Below, piece after piece: positions 54,713-64,000 of a stretch of 64,000 nt of DNA. Source of the stretch: Microcoleus sp. GTDB lineage: Bacteria > Cyanobacteriota > Cyanobacteriia > Cyanobacteriales > Microcoleaceae. Positions within the stretch are counted from its first letter, which is position 1, and each line of letters starts with the position of its first letter. Made by a program: the position numbers and the translations under genes. The DNA lies in the NCBI GenBank assembly GCA_042408215.1, contig JAYFMW010000011.1:26032-90031 (forward strand). Reading direction: 5' to 3'. The notes below the pieces were generated by a model. It did no database searches. It saw only the letters and a list, made by a program, of their open reading frames with translations, and was not told the DNA's origin.

Positions 54713-55933
54713 TTAACCGGAACAGAACGCGATTTTCCAGCATTCCCGCGCAATTTCCCAATCTTCCTGGGTGTGAATCACCAAAACCCTCACCGCCGAA
54801 TCAACCGCCGCAATATCTCGATCGACCAGTGAATGTTGATTCTTCTCCCCATCCAATTGTAAACCCATAAATCCAAAAGCTTCGCAAGCAGCAGCCCGCA
54901 CAACAGGCGAATTTTCCCCAACTCCCGCCGTAAAAATCAAAGCATCCAACCCTCCCAAACTCGCCAGCATCGCACCAATTCCGGCGCGCAAACGGTGAAT
55001 GTAAATATCCAAAGCAAGTTGAGCTCTCTGATTACCTTGGGCGATCGCCTGAACAAGCAGCCGCATATCGCTAGACACCCCAGAAATCCCTTTCAAACCA
55101 GAATTTCGATTGAGAAGATCATCAAGTTTCTCAGCAGTAAAATCGGATTGTTTTAACAGATGAATGAGAATGCCTGGATCGATCGAACCCGATCGACTTC
55201 CCATCATCAAACCTTCCAAAGGCGTAAATCCCATCGTGGTGTCAACACTCACACCACCGCGAATAGCCGCCAGAGAACACCCGTTGCCCAAATGACAGCT
55301 AATCAACCGCAAATCTGACAAATCTCGACCCAGAATATCGGCAGCCTGACGCGCGCAATATTGATGGCTAATCCCGTGAAAACCGTAGCGGCGAATCCCA
55401 TTTTCGAGCCATTCGTAGGGGCCGGGATAAACAAAAGCGGCGGGCGCTAATTGTGCGTGAAAAGCTGTATCAAAAACTGCTATTTGCGGCACATTTGGGA
55501 GGATATTCTCGATCGCCTCGATGCCTTCGAGGTTGACGGGATTGTGTACGGGGGCAAAAACAGATAAACGGGCGATCGCCTCTTTAACATCCGGCGAAAT
55601 TAACGTACTTTGCCGATATTCTTGCCCGCCGTGTACGACGCGGTGGCCGACAATATCAATCTCGGTTAAATCATTAATGGTTTGAGTTTTTCCCTTCCAA
55701 AGAGTCTCCAGCATTCGAGAAATAGCATCTGTGCGAGACTCCGATGCAAATTCTTCCTCAAGCCGATCGCCTGTAGCTGTTTTGACTTGCAACTCTGCTA
55801 TACCCTGCTGGTGAGTCCAGTCTATTTGAGCTGACCAGAGGGGTTGCGGAGGGCGATCGGGCAGGACATCGTTTAACTCGTAAAGACAGCTCTTTAGAGT
55901 GCTAGAACCCGCATTTAACACCAATATTTTCAT
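54713..55933 (-). CDS. ackA: Acetate kinase
   Basis: LVLNAGSSTLK, GHRVVHGG, FDTAFH, YGFHG.SH, HLGNG, FTAGVGEN. Confidence 0.96.
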   Translation of the reverse strand: MKILVLNAGSSTLKSCLYELNDVLPDRPPQPLWSAQIDWTHQQGIAELQVKTATGDRLEEEFASESRTDAISRMLETLWKGKTQTINDLTEIDIVGHRVVHGGQEYRQSTLISPDVKEAIARLSVFAPVHNPVNLEGIEAIENILPNVPQIAVFDTAFHAQLAPAAFVYPGPYEWLENGIRRYGFHGISHQYCARQAADILGRDLSDLRLISCHLGNGCSLAAIRGGVSVDTTMGFTPLEGLMMGSRSGSIDPGILIHLLKQSDFTAEKLDDLLNRNSGLKGISGVSSDMRLLVQAIAQGNQRAQLALDIYIHRLRAGIGAMLASLGGLDALIFTAGVGENSPVVRAAACEAFGFMGLQLDGEKNQHSLVDRDIAAVDSAVRVLVIHTQEDWEIARECWKIAFCSG

Positions 55934-56195
55934 CGCCAACTCAACTCAGGTAAAGGTTTAAATTCTCCAAAAACTGTTTGTAGAGCGATCGGCGATTGAG
56001 CATTCGGCGATTGAAATCGCTACTATACAAACGAAGTCCACTCAAGCGCGGACCAAGAAAACTTGAGCTACAGCCAAATATATTAAGAAAAATGTCGAAA
56101 AGTTAACTATTAATGCAATGTGTAGCTAACAGTTGCATTTTTTTGCTATATCTTCTGTTCAGATTTTCATTTAGTAAATTTTCAGGAGCCGATCG

Positions 56196-56456
56196 ATGTT
56201 TACACCAATTTTACTTGCCGTTGTCCCCAGAACCGTAGAATGGAGCCCCACCATTGCTGTGATTATGATTGTGTGCAATATTTTAGCTATTGCTTTCGGC
56301 AAATTAACCATCCAAAATCCTAGCACAGGGCCAGCGATGCCCTCATCGAATCTGTTCGGCGGTTTTGGCGTGGGTGCAGTTTTGGGAACCACTGCCTTTG
56401 GTCATATTTTGGGAGCAGGTACGATTTTAGGATTGTCTTACATAGGCGCGATTTAG
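56196..56456 (+). CDS. psaK: Photosystem I subunit K
   Basis: WSPTIAVIMIVCNILAI...FGHILGAG.ILGL. Confidence 0.93.
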   Translation: MFTPILLAVVPRTVEWSPTIAVIMIVCNILAIAFGKLTIQNPSTGPAMPSSNLFGGFGVGAVLGTTAFGHILGAGTILGLSYIGAI

Positions 56457-56497
56457 TTTCAGACTGTAGGGTGTGCCCCCGCACCTTACCCGCAATT

Positions 56498-57136
56498 TCA
56501 GGTGCCGGGTAAATTGCGGAGGGTTTCATCCATGTACGATCGATCGCCCAAAACCTCCAGCAGCGGGCCGCGAACATCAAACTTGACAATACTGACAGAA
56601 GCTGCTAGGGCACTAATGCGATCGCGATAACGCCCCAAATCAATCCCCAACAGACTGCACAAAATAATCCGAATAGTAGCTTTGTGCGAGACAACCAGGA
56701 CATTTCCGCTCTTGTATTTTTCCCCAATTTCCGCAATAACTAAAGAAGCCCGACTCGCAATTTGCACAGAAGTTTCGCCGCCATTAGGTGCATTCCAAGC
56801 AGGTTCAGTCAGCCAGTTAATATAATCTTCAGGGTATTCTTGTTGGACTGATTCTAGTGTTTTACCTTCCCAGTTCCCGTACTTAATTTCCTTGAGTCCG
56901 TCGCGAAGCTGCATTTCAATTCCCAGAGAATCGCACAAAGGTTTTGCAGTAGCAATTGTGCGTTTCATCGGACTGAGATAAACAGCATTCCAGGGCAATT
57001 TTGCGTAAGTTGCGGCAAATTGTTCTGCCATGATAGCACCTTCTGGCGTTAATTCTGGGTCGAGGTCGCCGCAGAAACAGCCTGTTTTGCTGTAAACTGT
57101 TTCACCGTGTCGCAGGAAATAGATTTTTAAGCTCAT
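56498..57136 (-). CDS. Histidine phosphatase (phosphoglycerate mutase family)
   Basis: LRHGET, SPMKR..ATA, EI.YG.WEG, VSHK. Confidence 0.92.
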   Translation of the reverse strand: MSLKIYFLRHGETVYSKTGCFCGDLDPELTPEGAIMAEQFAATYAKLPWNAVYLSPMKRTIATAKPLCDSLGIEMQLRDGLKEIKYGNWEGKTLESVQQEYPEDYINWLTEPAWNAPNGGETSVQIASRASLVIAEIGEKYKSGNVLVVSHKATIRIILCSLLGIDLGRYRDRISALAASVSIVKFDVRGPLLEVLGDRSYMDETLRNLPGT

Positions 57137-57573
57137 ATAAATATCTTATTTGCTTAGCGAACAGGATTTTTTTTTAACCACAGAGGGCGCAGAGGGCGCA
57201 GAGTTAGAGAAGAGAGAGAGATGAGTAATTTCTATTTATTTAAGCATTCCCACCTCTTTTGAATGTACAAATCCTAAGTCACGGTTGATTTATGCTCAAA
57301 TTAATTCTATCTTATTAGCATCAGAATTATTCATCTCTCTCTGATCTTCCTCTGTGTTCTCTGCGTTCTCTGCGGTTAAATAATTCCGATCTAACCGGAA
57401 TTGATCTGATTCATTCTAACAGGACTTAGGGAAAAAATGGAAGGACTAAAGTCCCCATCAATCTAGCTGAAGAAAGACTAAAGTCCTGACTACGAACCTA
57501 TTACCCCGGAACACCCGATCGCACACTCTGTTCTCCTACCGCCGGAGCTTGCGTTTCCTGGGTCATTTCCAGA

Positions 57574-59973
57574 CTAAACTTCGCCCCCATGCGGCCACTT
57601 CCAGTCGCGGATTGCCGGCATATCATCGCCGTGTTTGTTGATATACTGCCGGTGCTCGATCAACTTGTCACGGATAGCTTGTTTCCCATAAGCCGCAGCA
57701 TAACCGAGTTTCGGCACGCGATCGATCGCATCTCCAACCAAGTGGAAGCGATCGAGATCGTTAATCACCACCATATCAAACGGCGTGGTAGTCGTTCCCT
57801 CTTCCTTGTAACCGCGAACGTGAATATTCGAGTGATTTGTCCGGCGATAAGTCAACCGGTGAATCAGCCAAGGATAGCCGTGAAAAGCAAAGATTACTGG
57901 CTTATCTGTCGTGAACAAAGCATCAAAATCCTTGTCAGACAAACCGTGGGGATGTTCGCTAGCAGGTTGCAGCGTCATCAAATCCACCACATTCACCACC
58001 CGCACTTTCAAATCGGGGAAATATTGGCGCAAAAGGTCAACAGCCGCCAAAGTTTCCAGAGTCGGAACATCTCCCGCACAAGCCATCACTAAATCGGGTT
58101 CGTAACCTTTGTCATTGCTAGCCCACTCCCAAATACCGATGCCCGCTGTGCAGTGTTTAATCGCAGCATCCATGTCCAGATATTGCAATGCCGGCTGCTT
58201 CCCAGCAATAATCACATTCACATAGTGGCGACTGCGGAGACAGTGGTCAGTTACTGACAGCAAAGTGTTCGCATCGGGCGGCAAATAAATCCGCACGACT
58301 TCCGCTTTCTTGTTAATTACGTGGTCGATAAAACCTGGATCTTGGTGAGAAAAACCGTTGTGGTCTTGCCGCCAAACGTGAGAAGTTAACAGGTAGTTGA
58401 GAGATGCGATCGGTCTCCGCCAAGGAATATGACGAGTAATTTTCAACCACTTGGCGTGTTGGTTAAACATCGAGTCGATGATGTGGATAAACGCCTCGTA
58501 GCAGGAGAAAAAGCCGTGGCGTCCCGTCAGCAAATAGCCTTCCAGCCATCCCTGACACATATGTTCGCTGAGGATTTCCATCACGCGGCCATCGGGAGAG
58601 ATGCGATCGTCCTCGGGGATAATCTCGCCCGTCCACACCCGGTCTGTCACCTCAAACACCGGATCGAGGCGGTTTGATGCGGTTTCGTCAGGCCCGACAA
58701 TGCGGAAATTGGCGTTTTCCTGATTGAGTTTCATCACATCCCGCAAAAAGCGACCAGTGACGCGGGTGGCTTCGGCCATCACAGTCCCTGGTTTTGGCAC
58801 GTCTACGGCGTAATCCTCAAAATTTGGCATTTTCAAGTCTTTTAGCAAGATGCCGCCGTTAGCGTGCGGATTTGCCCCCATGCGTCGATCGCCCTTGGGC
58901 GCGAGTTCTGCTAATTCGGGAATTAACTTACCGTTTTCGTCAAAGAGTTCTTCCGGCTTATAACTCTTCATCCAATCTTCGAGGAGTTTGACGTGCTCCG
59001 GCTTACCAACCATTTCCGAAAACGGGACTTGGTGCGATCGCCAAGAACCCTCAGTTTTCTTCCCATCAACCTCCTTGGGCCCCGTCCAACCCTTGGGACT
59101 CTTGAGCACAATCATCGGCCACTGAGGGCGCTGGGAATAGCCATTAGTCCGGGCTTCCTCCTGAATCGCCTTAATTTCGCCAATGACCGTATCCATCGTT
59201 GCAGCCATCAACTGGTGCATCGTTTCCGGGTCTGAACCTTCCACCCAATAAGGTTTGTAGCCGTAACCGACCATCAAACTTTCCAATTCCTCGCGCGGAA
59301 TGCGGGCCAACAGGGTAGGATTGGCAATTTTGTAGCCATTCAGGTGCAAAATCGGCAATACAGCCCCGTCGCGAACCGGGTTAAGAAACTTGTTAGAATG
59401 CCAGCTAGTAGCCAGCGGGCCAGTTTCTGCTTCCCCGTCACCGACGACTGCTGCAACGATTAAATCGGGGTTATCGAAAGCCGCCCCGAAAGCATGGACG
59501 AGAGCGTAGCCAAGTTCCCCGCCTTCATGAATCGATCCCGGAGTTTCCGGGGCGACGTGGCTGGGGATACCGCCGGGAAAGGAAAACTGTTTGAACAGCC
59601 GTTTCATTCCCTCGGAATCTTGGGAAATATTCGGGTAATATTCGGTGTAAGTTCCTTCCAAGTAAGTGTTGGCCACCAAGCCCGGCCCGCCGTGTCCGGG
59701 GCCTGCGATGTAGATAGCGTTTAAGTCTTGGGATTTGATGAGGCGGTTGAGGTGAACGTAGATGAAGTTGAGGCCTGGAGTGGTGCCCCAATGTCCCAGG
59801 AGTCTGGGTTTGACGTGTTCGATGCTGAGGGGTTCTTGGAGTAGCGGATTGTCGAAAAGATAGATTTGTCCGACGGAAAGGTAGTTAGTCGCCCGCCAGT
59901 AAGCGTTCATTTTGCCGAGTTCCGAGTCGGAAAGCGGTTTTAATTGCGGGATTTCGGTCGTTTCTAGCATCAT
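57574..59973 (-). CDS. xfp: Xylulose-5-phosphate/fructose-6-phosphate phosphoketolase
   Basis: [44 protein letters not shown]. Confidence 0.97.
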   Translation of the reverse strand: MMLETTEIPQLKPLSDSELGKMNAYWRATNYLSVGQIYLFDNPLLQEPLSIEHVKPRLLGHWGTTPGLNFIYVHLNRLIKSQDLNAIYIAGPGHGGPGLVANTYLEGTYTEYYPNISQDSEGMKRLFKQFSFPGGIPSHVAPETPGSIHEGGELGYALVHAFGAAFDNPDLIVAAVVGDGEAETGPLATSWHSNKFLNPVRDGAVLPILHLNGYKIANPTLLARIPREELESLMVGYGYKPYWVEGSDPETMHQLMAATMDTVIGEIKAIQEEARTNGYSQRPQWPMIVLKSPKGWTGPKEVDGKKTEGSWRSHQVPFSEMVGKPEHVKLLEDWMKSYKPEELFDENGKLIPELAELAPKGDRRMGANPHANGGILLKDLKMPNFEDYAVDVPKPGTVMAEATRVTGRFLRDVMKLNQENANFRIVGPDETASNRLDPVFEVTDRVWTGEIIPEDDRISPDGRVMEILSEHMCQGWLEGYLLTGRHGFFSCYEAFIHIIDSMFNQHAKWLKITRHIPWRRPIASLNYLLTSHVWRQDHNGFSHQDPGFIDHVINKKAEVVRIYLPPDANTLLSVTDHCLRSRHYVNVIIAGKQPALQYLDMDAAIKHCTAGIGIWEWASNDKGYEPDLVMACAGDVPTLETLAAVDLLRQYFPDLKVRVVNVVDLMTLQPASEHPHGLSDKDFDALFTTDKPVIFAFHGYPWLIHRLTYRRTNHSNIHVRGYKEEGTTTTPFDMVVINDLDRFHLVGDAIDRVPKLGYAAAYGKQAIRDKLIEHRQYINKHGDDMPAIRDWKWPHGGEV

Positions 59974-60612
59974 CAGCGATTCAATCCTGAGTTTTGGTTA
60001 TTTATTGACTGGACGCATGGGGGCCGAGAAACCGGGTTTTTTACGAAAACACTTTGTTGCAGCCCGCAGATTCGGCAAAAAACCCGGTTTCTGAGAGTCG
60101 GTGCGTCCAGGACTGGAAATGCGATCGTTATTGTAACTGACGCGGGATATTACTTTGTTACTTGTGATACTGTTTATTTTTACTCCATGTTTGGCAAGTA
60201 AACAATTGCATTTTATACCATTTTTATCTAAATCAAAGTTTAAATTCACATTAATTTTTTTCGGTAGTTCTTGAGCGTAAACTCATAAAATCTGAATGCT
60301 GTGATGGGGGTGAAAGCCAGCGGTAATCAAGCAAATTATAGATCTATACAGATTTCAAAATGAGATTTGTGTAAATTTAAATTAAGAAAATTAAATCTAG
60401 AAGGGAACTTCTCTGATTACCGATCAAAAATCTCAAAACTTTTCCTGGTTTCGGGCGATCGGGCGCTGATGAATGCTGGGGCGGAGCGCTTTTTGGGGAG
60501 GAGAGCGGGCGATCGCACTTTCATGGGGGTAGGAAAAATGCCGCACTCATCTGCTAGTAATTTCGCTATCCAAATTTTTGGTTGTGGATCTATAATGAAT
60601 CCCCAGCAATAA

Positions 60613-61041
60613 CTAGGTGTACTCGACAGATAAAGGGATAAACTTTTGTGGGATAGAAGCAAGCCGATCGCACAAGCGCTTCCATCCCGACTCATTGCGA
60701 AGCACGATACAGCCAGAAGAACCCGGTACATTAGCATCAAAATGCAAACCGAGCTCCCCGCGAACGCGATCGCCTGAGCCTACAGGGTCAGGTGTAATGT
60801 GATAAAACAGCCCCTCAACTCCCCTAGTCTCTAGCCAATAAGGCTCATTTGAGACTTGGTACTCACCGGCCGGAATCGGGCCCCGCCCCCGCGCCCACAC
60901 ATCCTCTGGCTGCTGCCAATTAGTACAGCCAGAGGTAGCCAAATAGTTGATCGCGGTGCCATCGGGATAACTTAGCAGAAGATTCCCATAAAGCAACTCA
61001 GTAGAGAAATTGAGATTCATCGTAAAAAATAGTTTGTGCAT
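60613..61041 (-). CDS. L,D-transpeptidase-fold (DUF2778/Tlde1-like) peptidoglycan enzyme, putative lysin
   Basis: ATSG...GPIPAGEY...GLHFDANVPGSSGCIV (H...SxGC catalytic pattern). Confidence 0.7.
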   Translation of the reverse strand: MHKLFFTMNLNFSTELLYGNLLLSYPDGTAINYLATSGCTNWQQPEDVWARGRGPIPAGEYQVSNEPYWLETRGVEGLFYHITPDPVGSGDRVRGELGLHFDANVPGSSGCIVLRNESGWKRLCDRLASIPQKFIPLSVEYT

Positions 61042-61042
61042 T

Positions 61043-61231
61043 TTAATTCCCTCCGCGTGGAGTTGGTACGAGTAGAAATCCTAATCCTGTTGTCATCCCT
61101 CCAATTATTGTCGCCAATTGACCAGGGACATCCTTGCCTTGGGCTAACAAAATAAGAACACTTATAGTAAGCAACATAATTGCTACACAAAGACTGACTA
61201 CCGCAAATCTGTAGCTATATTTATCCATCAC
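61043..61231 (-). CDS. Small 2-TM membrane protein, holin-like
   Basis: 62 aa, two hydrophobic helices; overlaps the upstream ORF by 4 nt and ends 1 nt from the lysin ORF. Confidence 0.6.
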   Translation of the reverse strand: MMDKYSYRFAVVSLCVAIMLLTISVLILLAQGKDVPGQLATIIGGMTTGLGFLLVPTPRGGN

Positions 61232-61542
61232 AAATTTGGATCAGAGGGAATATTTTCCTTGAAAAATTCTTCTGGGTCTTTGAAAGTTTTGTTACGTTTT
61301 AATACATTCTTTACGTTTCTCATTTCGCGTTTTAATATTCCTATCTGAATCAGATTATTGTCTATATTTCGTTGAATTTTTCTGGCAAATTCTATTTGAG
61401 TCTCTTTCATATCTAGTTGTATTTTCGCTATAGTCAGTTGCGAGCGAATGGTCGCAACTGCAAAAGCACCGGAGACTCCTAGCACTAATAAACTACCGAT
61501 TGTGAGAATGGCTTCAAATAAAGATTTAGATAGGTTAATCAT
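61228..61542 (-). CDS. Hypothetical protein, N-terminal TM plus coiled coil
   Basis: ILTIGSLLVLGVSGAFAVA followed by a charged helical segment. Confidence 0.6.
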   Translation of the reverse strand: MINLSKSLFEAILTIGSLLVLGVSGAFAVATIRSQLTIAKIQLDMKETQIEFARKIQRNIDNNLIQIGILKREMRNVKNVLKRNKTFKDPEEFFKENIPSDPNL

Positions 61543-61694
61543 TTAGATAGTTTTCCCTACATTCTACGTTTTGATTGCTACTTTAAAGTTTGACAGCAGT
61601 GGGTGTTGTTCTAGCAAAAAGAGGTTAATCCGCCTTGTTGGAATCGGCGGGCGATAATACTTGAGTTATCGCCAGAACCGATTCCTATGATTCA

Positions 61695-62246
61695 TCACTC
61701 GTTTTTCTTGTTTGCCAATTTGGCTTTGTTTTCAAACGAACTGTCAAGAATCACTCTTGTCCCTGCTGGAGTTTTGAAATAACTAGGCTTTTTGGTCGTT
61801 CCTGTAAATGCTGAATTAATCCAAAGAGCAATTGCAAGTAAGCTCATGCAAGAAGGTACTCGAATAGTAACTTCATTGATGACTTTATCTCCACCTTTAC
61901 CTTTGCGGGAATAACCGCCTCCTGTTGGTATCTTAATTGCTCTCCCAATAATCTTGGATGTACCACTGCTCATGCTACCCCCCCCACCACTGCTAATCGT
62001 GACAGGGCTTTTCGCCGTACTAGCGGTTTTGGTTTTCTTTTTCGCAACAAACAGTTGGTCACTATCTACGATACTCTTAGCGACTGGTGAAATCCCAAAA
62101 TGTGCGATCAAGTCTTCTCGTACTTTGAATTGTGTGTAAGAAGTAGGGTCAACTGTCGCGGATACTGTAATTGACTGAATTCCTTTCTTTCCCTTAGCCT
62201 CTTTAATTTCGTCTTCAGCTATTGGGAGTAGGTCTGCTGTTGGCAT
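61695..62246 (-). CDS. Hypothetical Lys-rich protein
   Basis: 183-aa ORF with a strong AAGGAGG RBS upstream. Confidence 0.7.
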   Translation of the reverse strand: MPTADLLPIAEDEIKEAKGKKGIQSITVSATVDPTSYTQFKVREDLIAHFGISPVAKSIVDSDQLFVAKKKTKTASTAKSPVTISSGGGGSMSSGTSKIIGRAIKIPTGGGYSRKGKGGDKVINEVTIRVPSCMSLLAIALWINSAFTGTTKKPSYFKTPAGTRVILDSSFENKAKLANKKNE

Positions 62247-62321
62247 ACTTATTTACCTCCTTAATGATTTAAATTTGTTTCTAAAAGGGCAGCAATCAAT
62301 GTAGCTACCCTTTTAAAAACA

Positions 62322-62567
62322 TTAATATACTTCCACAGCTTCCGTAGCAATACCCGTAGTATTTGTATTAACCAGAACTGGCAACGATAAGTTTACAATT
62401 TTTGTTCCGCTCATATCGTCGGTAGTATTGGAAGTAATAATTCTGCGGACAGTTACTCCCGGTGCGGCAGAGTTGATAGCGATGAGTTGCGCGTTAGTTA
62501 CGAATTCAATGAGCTGAAGTAGTTGTCCTTCTAACGTTGTCGCAGTTAATGTTGCTGGTGCAGCCAT
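62322..62567 (-). CDS. Small Thr/Ala-rich hypothetical protein (paralog of the ORF at 63849)
   Basis: ATLTATTLEGQLLQLI; hairpin downstream. Confidence 0.65.
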   Translation of the reverse strand: MAAPATLTATTLEGQLLQLIEFVTNAQLIAINSAAPGVTVRRIITSNTTDDMSGTKIVNLSLPVLVNTNTTGIATEAVEVY

Positions 62568-62739
62568 GATGATCTACCTATTTGCTTTGGTTGACATTTT
62601 TACTATATCCGACAAAAGATAAAATTCCCACACTTCAAAATGGCTTGTCTCTGTCCAAACCCATTAGGTTTGCACAAATTTACCTACCAATCTTAAACAA
62701 ATATCATCCTAACAGAACAGGTAGAAAAATTACTTGCAA

Positions 62740-63639
62740 TTATATACTTACTTTCAATACCACATTGTCCTTAACGATTGGTATTGATTTTTGCAGTGAG
62801 CCCAGATATAATTCAGCCCCTACAAATTTACAATCCCCTACAGGTCTTTTTTCGTTTTGACTAACCTGACTGAAATTGATTTTTTCACTAAAATTAAAGC
62901 CATCCCCATCAGGTACTTGATCGAAAATGCCTAGCATAGCTGTAAACAACGCAATTCCACCTTTTTGTGTTTTCACATAGGCGTATCCTTCAACACCTTG
63001 CAACCGCGCTACCATACCCGAATAGCTAAGGACCGATCGCCCTTTTTGCCATATGTACTCCGAATCTCCAAAAATAGTTTTTATTTTAGTAGCCCAACGA
63101 TTTATATCGGCCTCTTTAAGTAATTTAATATTTTCACTGGCCTTTGCTATTTTAGTATTGTCGGTGAAACCTACACACCGAATTTGTTTCACCCCTTTTG
63201 TGTTATCACCTTTAAAAAATAGCTTGATACAGGGGTAGCCGCGTAGTAATGGCTTGCTACCCTTATTAGAAACTGAATCAAGCACTGCTTTTTCTCTTGT
63301 GATAGCCATGATGCCGGATCTCAAATCACTACACGTACCCGACAATAGATAGCTGTTTTTAGGTTGGTCTTTTTCTGGCCAATACTCAATCGTCATAGCA
63401 CCACTTGTACTGGTAGTTGGTGTTATGTTTACGTATTTTGGTTGATTCCAGAGACCCGCTTTGAAATTCGTATCTTTATCTCGTTTTCCATTCGGAAAAC
63501 CCATTTTGAATTCATCCCACCATTGCTCAAAGTCTATCCCATTGGTGCGTATGAGTTCACGCTGGACAAAAAGCAGTGAGGGTTCTTCTGGGGTGAGCGC
63601 TAAATCCGTGGCTTTAATGGTAGTTTCTTTAGAGGACAT
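62740..63639 (-). CDS. Hypothetical protein, 299 aa
   Basis: Long uninterrupted ORF in AT-rich DNA; no motif recognised. Confidence 0.7.
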   Translation of the reverse strand: MSSKETTIKATDLALTPEEPSLLFVQRELIRTNGIDFEQWWDEFKMGFPNGKRDKDTNFKAGLWNQPKYVNITPTTSTSGAMTIEYWPEKDQPKNSYLLSGTCSDLRSGIMAITREKAVLDSVSNKGSKPLLRGYPCIKLFFKGDNTKGVKQIRCVGFTDNTKIAKASENIKLLKEADINRWATKIKTIFGDSEYIWQKGRSVLSYSGMVARLQGVEGYAYVKTQKGGIALFTAMLGIFDQVPDGDGFNFSEKINFSQVSQNEKRPVGDCKFVGAELYLGSLQKSIPIVKDNVVLKVSI

Positions 63640-63848
63640 AATAGTATTGTTCTCGATTAAGTATAGTGTAAAATATTCTGATATAGTTTTAGTATGCGTG
63701 CAAAAAGCCGTCTTACAAGCGGTTGTGCGAAAATCAAAACTGAAGTTAGATTCAGGTTAATCCAGTAAGCTCAGTATTGGCGACATTAATCTGACTGACG
63801 GACTAAAAGCAGCACCTTATATAACACAATGGTACCGACTGCGACATC

Positions 63849-64000
63849 ATGGCCATAATCACACCTGGTACTGCGGCAACCATAAATGCCACTACGATAG
63901 AAGGTCAATTATTCCAATTGGTACATTTAATCAACAGTGCCGAAGCAATCCCTGGGGGCGATTCTAATAAATTCTCATTAACAAAAGGGGAAGATGGGAC
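63849..64000 (+). CDS. Hypothetical protein, N-terminal part (runs off the window; not in the ORF track)
   Basis: MAIITPGTAATINATTIEGQLFQLVHLINSAEAIPGGDSNKFSLTKGEDG; shares a motif with 62322-62567. Confidence 0.7.
   Translation, partial: MAIITPGTAATINATTIEGQLFQLVHLINSAEAIPGGDSNKFSLTKGEDG

Noticed and set aside
54487..54870. 127-aa plus-strand ORF
   Set aside because: Made of MITE sequence plus the antisense of ackA.
60100..60612. att site or tRNA at the border of the virus-like module
   Set aside because: No tRNA is seen, and a direct repeat cannot be identified without the other end of the element.

Overview
Chromosomal segment of a filamentous cyanobacterium. The evidence is dense HIP1 octamers (GCGATCGC), heptamer STRR arrays and the genes psaK, cruF/cruG and cyanoexosortase B. 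The repeat families suggest a Microcoleus/Oscillatoriales-like host (inference). Core genes: class-V aminotransferase, trpC, lpdA, a crtB-wza-wzc exopolysaccharide locus, uvrB, rpe, LCP, cruF-cruG, rnhA, ackA, psaK and phosphoketolase. Accessory content has five parts. (1) A ~4.9 kb insert between trpC and lpdA carries three complete TA pairs, an orphan antitoxin and a broken LRR-Roco gene. (2) There are two TnpB-only IS200/IS605 elements: one splits a NarL-type regulator with an exactly reconstructable TAM and guide, and one has a rearranged, apparently mutated RuvC-II. An orphan right-end remnant is also present. (3) Several MITE/REP families occur, some nested and some read in frame inside proteins. 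(4) Large signalling proteins include a UrtA-fold hybrid kinase, a kinase-AAA-GAF-cyclase and a TpsA-CHAT protein. (5) From ~60.6 kb to the window end lies the left part of an uncharacterised, HIP1-poor, virus-like module: a holin-like/L,D-transpeptidase-fold lysis cassette, unknown ORFs and two paralogous small proteins. Several genes carry single-base insertions that are probably sequencing errors.
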